Source: Patescibacteria group bacterium
GTDB taxonomy: Bacteria > Patescibacteriota > Patescibacteriia > JAZDEU01
DNA: 64,000 bases
Assembly: GCA_042568285.1 (NCBI GenBank)
Contig: JBHPIX010000002.1
Coordinates: 783-64,782, forward strand
Direction of reading: 5' to 3'
The stretch's first letter is position 1. Every line of letters begins with the position of its first letter. Below are positions 58,386 to 64,000 of this stretch, piece by piece. A program made the position numbers and the translations under genes. Below the pieces are notes generated by a model, which was not told the DNA's origin, ran no database searches, and saw only the letters and a program-made list of their open reading frames with translations.

Positions 58386-58775
58386 ATGTCAAATAACAAA
58401 GTTCAAATGTCAAATCAAGCTCAAAATTCAAAGGTCAAAAAAAACTATAATTTAGGAGAACGAACAGCAAAATTTGGGGAAGATATTATTGTATTTTCTA
58501 AGTCTATATCACATAATGCAGTGCATAATCCGCTTATAAGTCAAATAGTAAGATCAGGAACGAGTATAGGCGCAAATTATATGGAAGCAGATGGCGCAGA
58601 ATCAAAAAAAGATTTTAGACATAAAATAGCAATAGTAAAAAAAGAATCAAAAGAAACAATGCATTGGCTTAGGATGATTGCCAAAGCTAATCCAGAAAAA
58701 GCGCAAGAGTGTAGAAAATTATGGAAAGAAGCTCACGAATTTGCTTTAATTTTTTCTTCTATACTTAGGAAATAG
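58386..58775 (+). CDS. Four-helix-bundle protein of the 23S-rRNA-IVS / S23p family (Avd-related), orphan
   Basis: It has the family core QIVRSGTSIGANYMEADGAESKKDFRHKIAIVKKESKETMHWLRMI. The first ~20 codons overlap caaatgtcaaat-type repeat words. Confidence 0.75.
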   Translation: MSNNKVQMSNQAQNSKVKKNYNLGERTAKFGEDIIVFSKSISHNAVHNPLISQIVRSGTSIGANYMEADGAESKKDFRHKIAIVKKESKETMHWLRMIAKANPEKAQECRKLWKEAHEFALIFSSILRK

Positions 58776-58839
58776 TTTGACATTTGAGCTTTGGATTCCC
58801 GCCTGAACGAGCCATTCGGGCAGGTGATTTGACATTTGG
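58776..58839. repeat. 64-bp repeat, left copy of an inverted pair
   Basis: The sequence is tttgacatttgagctttggattcccgcctgaacgagccattcgggcaggtgatttgacatttgg. It is the reverse complement of 63373-63436 with one mismatch. Confidence 0.9.
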
Positions 58840-58869
58840 ATTTTGAAATTTGAAATTTTATAAAATTAT

Positions 58870-61839
58870 ATGCGTAAAATAATATCAATATCAATAATCA
58901 TAATAGCGACCTATTTTGTAATCGGCACTGCTTTTAGTCAAAAAAAAGACGCTATAGGTGTTAAAATTATTAAAAATCCTGAACATTCTCCTGTTTTAGT
59001 TTGGTATCAAAATCAGAATTTTATAAAAGGCAGTCCGCAACCAATGTTAGTTGATGGATATGACGGAGTTAAAGATGGTAATACTGTATATGTAAATGTA
59101 GCTAATGTGGTAAATCCTTCTAATGAAAGTTTTACTAATAATGTTTATACTAATATTTATGTTATTTCATATAATGAAGGCGCAGGCGAGGATGTATCTG
59201 GAATTTTTGATCAGATTATTAGTAATTGGAAATTTAACAGTAATATAAGCGATGGAGCTGTTACAAGGCTTAATGTTTCTATGAAAGAAGCATTAAGAAG
59301 AGATACAAGAAGATTAGCGGATATGTCTTTTATAAATAATACATTGAATAGTTATTATACTGCGTATGGCAAATATCCAGATTTATTAGCTGGAACATAC
59401 ATTAAAGGAGAATCAATGAGTAAATGGCCAAGCTGGCAAGCGAGTTTAGGCAATACTTTAGGTGTTGCTATGCCTGTTGATCCATTAAATACATTTTATG
59501 CTTTTGATATATGTCCAATAGCTAATTGTCAATGTGAAAAAATAAGCGAATTTTATGATACTGAAACTTGCTGGAATCAGCAGAGAAAAGAATTTAACGG
59601 AGAAAATAATGTCGCGGATGGATTAAATAATAATAATTTTTTTAATGCTTTTGTGTATTATTATAAGTCAAGCGATAATGGCATGAATAGCTATATTGAA
59701 GTTTCACATTGGGAAACCCCGTATCTTGATAATAGCGCGTTTAATGATTATCCTTCATTAACAGTTCAAAATAATAATCCTGTTATAGAATCAGTTGAGA
59801 CAGTAAAAATGAATTATAATGAAGAAAATATTATTGGAATGAAAGCTTATGATAAAGACATCTCAACAACAGATATATCATGGACTTTGCAAAATTATTC
59901 AGCATGTTTAAATAATGTTAGTTTAGAAGATGTTAGTCATAAGACGGATGGCTGGTCAGATAATGCAAATAGATTTGAAAGTTATAAAAATGTAAAAATA
60001 CAAAGTAAATCTATAGATTGCGATGGAGAAATAAGGTTAACAGCTACTGATGGAGATGGTGGATCATATAATTACGACATTAATGTCGATGTGAAAAATA
60101 TGCCAGCGCTTATTAATAGATTAAGCAATGACACAGGAATCGTGGACACAGGAAATGGAGATGTTGCGTTCACAACGGAAATTTTAACTAAAAATAAAGA
60201 TGGAAATAATCTTACTTGGAGCACAAGCGGATTTTCTGATGCTGGAATAGCAGATCTTAATAATAGTTCAAGTAATATAATAAGCGGTATATTTAATCAA
60301 GCTGGAGTCTGGTCAATTAGAATAAATGTAAAAGACCAATATGATGTTATTTCAACATATCAAACACAGGTGATGTCTATAAATAATTCGCCTGTAATTA
60401 CAAGCCCTAATACCTCATCTATGATTTTAGAACAGCCTAATTGGAGTTTTTCTATAGAAGCTCATGACAATGCGCCATATTATGATGTTGACGGAAAAGC
60501 GCATCCTCATTTGCCAATAACTTATGGTTTAATTGATAATCCAAATTGGGTTAATTTAACTGGTAATAAAATGACTGTTCTTCCATCAAATGATATTGAT
60601 GTTGGCGATTATAATTTCACAATAAAGGCAACAGATTCTAAAGGAGCTTTCTCTACTCAAAATTTTTCGTTAATAACTTTTAATAATCCGCCTGTAATAA
60701 CAGATTATCCAAAAGATGGAATTGTTATGCGAGCTAGAGGCAATTTTTCTTATCAAATAAAAGCTTCGGATCCTGATGGGCATAGTTTAACTTATAGTAT
60801 AGATTATAGTATAGACAATAATAATCTGTTACAAATAAGTCAAGCAGGAGTTATAACTGGAGGGGCTTTTAACATTGATGACGGGGGAATATATAAGATA
60901 ACCATTGTTGTAAATGATGGGTATAAAGGAGGAATAACAAAAGAAAGTTTCACTTTACAGTTAAATAGTTTTTGCGGGGATGGAAAAAGGCAGGAGCCAA
61001 ATATGGAAAAATTAGGAGGACAGGAGAATGACGGGTATGAACAATGCGATTATATAAATTATAATGCTCCTAGTAATCCAACAGAAAGTTCAAAGGCTAA
61101 GCAGTATATATGTTATTCTGATTGTTCTTTTTCTATCAATGGAATATATAGCGGATGGTGCGGGGATGGAACAGTTCAGAGCGCAAGAGGCGAGAATTGC
61201 GATCCTGAAGAAACAAAAGAAAAATATGAAGAAAGAATGGGGTATGAATTTGGAATAAGCGATGCGGATTTTGAGGGTATTCTTGCTTCATGCACACCTG
61301 AGTGTGAGATAGGGTGCGAAGGAGAAGAAGCCTCTGAACTTGGAAAAGGATGTTATATAGGCGCTAATGAGTGTCTGAAAGGAAAAATGGAGTGTCTTAA
61401 TAATGAAGCAATTTGTGTAGATGTATTTACTCCGAAAGATGGGATTGGAATTTATGATTATTGTTGCCAGTCAATTGAAGAAACAGGAGATGTGTTAAAA
61501 GCCCAACAGGATTTAGCAGAACTTAGAAATACAGGAATTCTTACTAGAGTTAAACCATCTGTTGCTGAAACTGGGATTGGAAGAGGTTCGTATTATTGTG
61601 AGGATGTTTGTAAGCAATCAAATCAGATATGCGTTGGAGTAGCTATAACTGATTGGCCACAACATTTTTGTTATGCTGTAAAATGTGATGCGGGAAAAGT
61701 GTGCACTAACTCTGGGAATACTAAATTAAATGATTGCAGAACACAATATCCATTTGGCTCATGGGATGGAGATGATTGCACAGAACCCGAAAAATATTTT
61801 GTTGGATATACTTCTTGTCTTTGTTATAGAGAGAATTAA
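58870..61839 (+). CDS. Secreted 989-aa protein with a pilin-like RDxxR...YP segment, Ig/cadherin-like repeats and a Cys-rich C-terminus
   Basis: It has a signal peptide (IIIIATYFVIGTAFS) and RRDTRRLADMSFINNTLNSYYTAYGKYPD. Repeats of the form NSPVITSP.../NNPPVITDYP...ASDPDGHSLTYSI are present, and the last ~250 aa contain many Cys. Confidence 0.7.
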   Translation: MRKIISISIIIIATYFVIGTAFSQKKDAIGVKIIKNPEHSPVLVWYQNQNFIKGSPQPMLVDGYDGVKDGNTVYVNVANVVNPSNESFTNNVYTNIYVISYNEGAGEDVSGIFDQIISNWKFNSNISDGAVTRLNVSMKEALRRDTRRLADMSFINNTLNSYYTAYGKYPDLLAGTYIKGESMSKWPSWQASLGNTLGVAMPVDPLNTFYAFDICPIANCQCEKISEFYDTETCWNQQRKEFNGENNVADGLNNNNFFNAFVYYYKSSDNGMNSYIEVSHWETPYLDNSAFNDYPSLTVQNNNPVIESVETVKMNYNEENIIGMKAYDKDISTTDISWTLQNYSACLNNVSLEDVSHKTDGWSDNANRFESYKNVKIQSKSIDCDGEIRLTATDGDGGSYNYDINVDVKNMPALINRLSNDTGIVDTGNGDVAFTTEILTKNKDGNNLTWSTSGFSDAGIADLNNSSSNIISGIFNQAGVWSIRINVKDQYDVISTYQTQVMSINNSPVITSPNTSSMILEQPNWSFSIEAHDNAPYYDVDGKAHPHLPITYGLIDNPNWVNLTGNKMTVLPSNDIDVGDYNFTIKATDSKGAFSTQNFSLITFNNPPVITDYPKDGIVMRARGNFSYQIKASDPDGHSLTYSIDYSIDNNNLLQISQAGVITGGAFNIDDGGIYKITIVVNDGYKGGITKESFTLQLNSFCGDGKRQEPNMEKLGGQENDGYEQCDYINYNAPSNPTESSKAKQYICYSDCSFSINGIYSGWCGDGTVQSARGENCDPEETKEKYEERMGYEFGISDADFEGILASCTPECEIGCEGEEASELGKGCYIGANECLKGKMECLNNEAICVDVFTPKDGIGIYDYCCQSIEETGDVLKAQQDLAELRNTGILTRVKPSVAETGIGRGSYYCEDVCKQSNQICVGVAITDWPQHFCYAVKCDAGKVCTNSGNTKLNDCRTQYPFGSWDGDDCTEPEKYFVGYTSCLCYREN

Positions 61840-61858
61840 GGGGAAGGTCGATTTTTTC

Positions 61859-61965
61859 TGTCATTCCGCGCTTGCCTCGCCGATTCGGCGGGCTTGACGC
61901 GGAATCCAGTATAGATCCCGCTCGTCTCGATTCGAGCCGAAGCGGACATCAAGTGCGGGATGACA
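61859..61965. repeat. Palindromic element, composite copy
   Basis: The sequence is tgtcattccgcgcttg[cctcgccgattcggcgggc]ttgacgcggaatcc ... gatcccgctcgtctcgattcgagccgaagcggacatcaagtgcgggatgaca. It supplies the ATG at 61960. Confidence 0.85.
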
Positions 61966-61977
61966 AATATATTTTAT

Positions 61978-63318
61978 ATGAATAAAACAAAAAAAATTAT
62001 TTTAGCGATTATATTTATAATATTAGCGATAGCTGTATTTTTAATGTTTTTTAAAAAAGATATTGCTACTTTGTTGAAAGGCAATAAAACAAGCAGTGAA
62101 CTCGGGGAAAAATTTGTTTTTCCAGCCCAAAAACAAGATGAAGTTTCAAGAATTCTTCCAGTAATTGAAGAAAGATGTTCAGGTGAACAAAATGAACAAG
62201 ATAAACAAAAATGTTTTAACCAATTAAGTTTAGAAAAAGCTCTTTTTGGAAAAAATCTGCAAGGATGTATTAAGATAATTGGAGATATTGATAAAAGGGA
62301 TGAATGTGTAATGGCTATCGCGAAACAAAGCGAGAATGAATTGGGTTCAGAAGATTTATGTGATCGCATTGCGAATAAAAAAAGAAGAAATGAATGTTTT
62401 TCCGTTATGGCTATTTTTAGACCTTATAATTTAGAAAATAATATTTGCCAAATTCATGATGATGAGCCGTTTGAGGTGAAAGAATGTCAGGATAGAAGAG
62501 TTGCGATGCAAATAGCTGATATGATAAATGATGCTAAAAGCGAAGAAGAAAAAGTAGAAGCGATTGCTAATTGTAAAGAAGATATGGCATTGGAATATGG
62601 GAGTTTGTGTTTAAATTACGGGTTAGGGGCGTTGAATTTTCAGTGTGATTTACTTCCTGAAGGGAGAATTAAAGATTATTGTATAACAATAAATATTAAA
62701 AAAAATGCCGAGGACTTTATTTCTGAAAAAGATTGCAATGATATGCCGATAGAAGTTCATAGAAAAGTTTGTTTATCTGAAATTGAAACACAAAAGGATA
62801 GATATGAGATAGATTCTGATAATGACGGAAAAAGCAATGGTAGTGAATTGTTTTTTCAGACAGATCCTTTTAATCCAGACAGCGACGGCGATGGGCTTTC
62901 TGATGGGGATGAACTTGAAAAATACAGATGCAGTCCTTTACATTATGATACAGACAACGATGGGTTATCTGACAGCGAGGAATTTAAGCTTGGCACTCAT
63001 GTTCATAAACCAGATACAGATGGCGATGGCATTATAGATAGTAAAGATGATAATCCTTTTTCTGAAGATAGTGATGGCGATTGGCTTAGCGACGATGATG
63101 AAAAAAAATGGGGGACTGATCCGAATAATAAAGACACGGACGGCGATGGTATTGATGACAGAACTGAAATTAAAAATACAACTAATCCGTTAGGAGAAGG
63201 ATGGATGCATGATACTGATAAAGATGGGCTGATTGATGTTGATGAAAGATTTTATCTTACTGATCCGTTAAATCCAGATACAGATGGAGATGGGGTTTTG
63301 GATGGGGATGAATACTAA
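61978..63318 (+). CDS. Membrane-anchored Cys-rich protein with C-terminal thrombospondin-type-3-like Ca-binding repeats
   Basis: It has a TM helix (IILAIIFIILAIAVFLMFF), and Cys residues recur through the helical-looking central region. C-terminal repeats are DSDNDGKSNG, DSDGDGLSDGDE, DTDNDGLSDSEE, DTDGDGIIDS and DTDGDGIDD. The start is moved from 61960, which lies inside a repeat, to ATG 61978. Confidence 0.7.
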   Translation: MNKTKKIILAIIFIILAIAVFLMFFKKDIATLLKGNKTSSELGEKFVFPAQKQDEVSRILPVIEERCSGEQNEQDKQKCFNQLSLEKALFGKNLQGCIKIIGDIDKRDECVMAIAKQSENELGSEDLCDRIANKKRRNECFSVMAIFRPYNLENNICQIHDDEPFEVKECQDRRVAMQIADMINDAKSEEEKVEAIANCKEDMALEYGSLCLNYGLGALNFQCDLLPEGRIKDYCITINIKKNAEDFISEKDCNDMPIEVHRKVCLSEIETQKDRYEIDSDNDGKSNGSELFFQTDPFNPDSDGDGLSDGDELEKYRCSPLHYDTDNDGLSDSEEFKLGTHVHKPDTDGDGIIDSKDDNPFSEDSDGDWLSDDDEKKWGTDPNNKDTDGDGIDDRTEIKNTTNPLGEGWMHDTDKDGLIDVDERFYLTDPLNPDTDGDGVLDGDEY

Positions 63319-63372
63319 AGCTCAAAGCTCCCGCCAACACGGCCGTGCCTACCGGCAGGCAGGCAAAGTATT

Positions 63373-63436
63373 CCAAATGTCAAATCACCTGCCCGAATGG
63401 CTCGTTCAGGCGGGAATTCAAAGCTCAAATGTCAAA
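63373..63436. repeat. 64-bp repeat, right copy of the inverted pair
   Basis: The sequence is ccaaatgtcaaatcacctgcccgaatggctcgttcaggcgggaattcaaagctcaaatgtcaaa. It matches the reverse complement of 58776-58839 at 63/64 positions. Confidence 0.9.
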
Positions 63437-63444
63437 AATATCCT

Positions 63445-63506
63445 TGTCATCCCGCACTTGATGCAGGATCCAGAAATTTAGATCCCGCATCAAGTGCGGG
63501 ATGACA
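63445..63506. repeat. Double-hairpin palindromic element
   Basis: The sequence is tgtcatcccgcacttgatgcaggatc-cagaaattta-gatcccgcatcaagtgcgggatgaca. Confidence 0.9.
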
Positions 63507-63555
63507 ACTGTATCATTTTTTGGATTTTGAAATTTGAAATTTTATAAAAAAAAAT

Positions 63556-64000
63556 ATGTTTGAAGATTTAAAACAACAAAATAAGGTTGATGGCGCGACA
63601 GCGCATGGATCTGATTCCTCTGTATCTTCTGACAAAGATATGGCGGGCGAGGCAGATAAGCATAATGATGATAATAAAGTTCCTGAGTTATCAGATGCAA
63701 CTACTTCTGCTAATGAAGTTGACATGCATAGATTAGCTCATACTGGTAATATTGAAAAAAATGATAAAGTTGAAGATATTTTTGAAAAAATTAAAGATGG
63801 CGATAACGTTCAAGAATCTAAAAGTCAAATCCCTGTTTTAAAAGAAGTAAATGAAAAAAAACAAGAGATAGAAGATGAGAAAGATGGCAAAAGAATCAAA
63901 AAGAGGATATTTTTTATAGTTTTGATAGTTGTAATTATAGTTGGCGCAATATTATTATTATTATTTTTAAATAGAAATATTGATTTTGCTGTTGAGGACG
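63556..64000 (+). CDS. Hypothetical membrane-anchored protein, 3' end outside the window
   Basis: This ORF is absent from the supplied track because it is open to the window end. It reads MFEDLKQQNKVDG...KRIKKRIFFIVLIVVIIVGAILLLLFLNRN, an acidic N-terminal region followed by a TM helix. The same 28-bp leader that precedes the ORF at 58870 precedes it. Confidence 0.55.
   Translation, partial: MFEDLKQQNKVDGATAHGSDSSVSSDKDMAGEADKHNDDNKVPELSDATTSANEVDMHRLAHTGNIEKNDKVEDIFEKIKDGDNVQESKSQIPVLKEVNEKKQEIEDEKDGKRIKKRIFFIVLIVVIIVGAILLLLFLNRNIDFAVED

Noticed and set aside
63513-63725. 70-aa minus-strand ORF at the right end of the window
   Set aside because: It is antisense to a longer plus-strand ORF (63556 to the window end). 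That ORF has a proper ATG behind the shared 28-bp leader and a clear TM helix, so the plus-strand gene is preferred.

Overview
The window is an AT-rich, gene-dense bacterial fragment. Its gene content suggests a reduced-genome, CPR/Patescibacteria-like organism: aminoacyl-tRNA synthetases, gyrB, ftsH, a SEDS protein, a FemX-like enzyme, only scattered purine and pyrimidine genes, and very large secreted proteins. This lineage call is inference only, since no database search was possible. The first ~35.5 kb is mostly housekeeping: argS' (5'-truncated by the window edge), aspS, ileS, galT-like, glgA, pyrF, pyrE-like, gyrB, ftsW/rodA, elp3-like, ndk, ftsH, rpsT, femX-like, rmuC, an L,D-transpeptidase and purL. 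The region from 35.6 to 63.4 kb is accessory. The main result is a complete diversity-generating retroelement (DGR). The last 122 nt of a 1820-aa LamG-repeat protein with a C-type-lectin/FGE-like C-terminus form the variable region (VR, 42635-42756). They match a non-coding template repeat (TR, 43199-43320) at 109/122 positions, and 11 of the 13 mismatches sit at TR adenines. An Avd-like four-helix-bundle gene lies between VR and TR. An RT gene with the DGR-type LGNLTSQ and YMDD motifs follows the TR. The locus is bounded on the left by a rearrangement scar: a 3' fragment of pyrB, a decayed IS with perfect 31-bp inverted repeats, and an HD-domain fragment. On the right it continues into a COG1373-type ATPase and a VR-less LamG paralog. 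Six other observations deserve a second look. (1) IleRS carries an apparently catalytically intact histidine-phosphatase (RHG) domain between its two CxxC knuckles. (2) A modular family of GC-rich palindromic repeats is scattered through this AT-rich DNA and sits in frame inside several ORFs (glgA, femX-like, elp3-like, the 2761-aa giant ORF), much like Rickettsia palindromic elements. (3) A stand-alone tRNA with its own promoter and terminator combines a UGA anticodon and a short variable arm with a G3:U70 pair and A73. (4) A 64-bp inverted-repeat pair brackets two secreted-protein genes. (5) Six ATCCGCG heptamers are spaced 11-12 bp apart upstream of the femX-like gene. (6) Several pseudogenes are present. 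All protein calls rest on motif recognition by eye, and the boundaries of repeats and domains are approximate.
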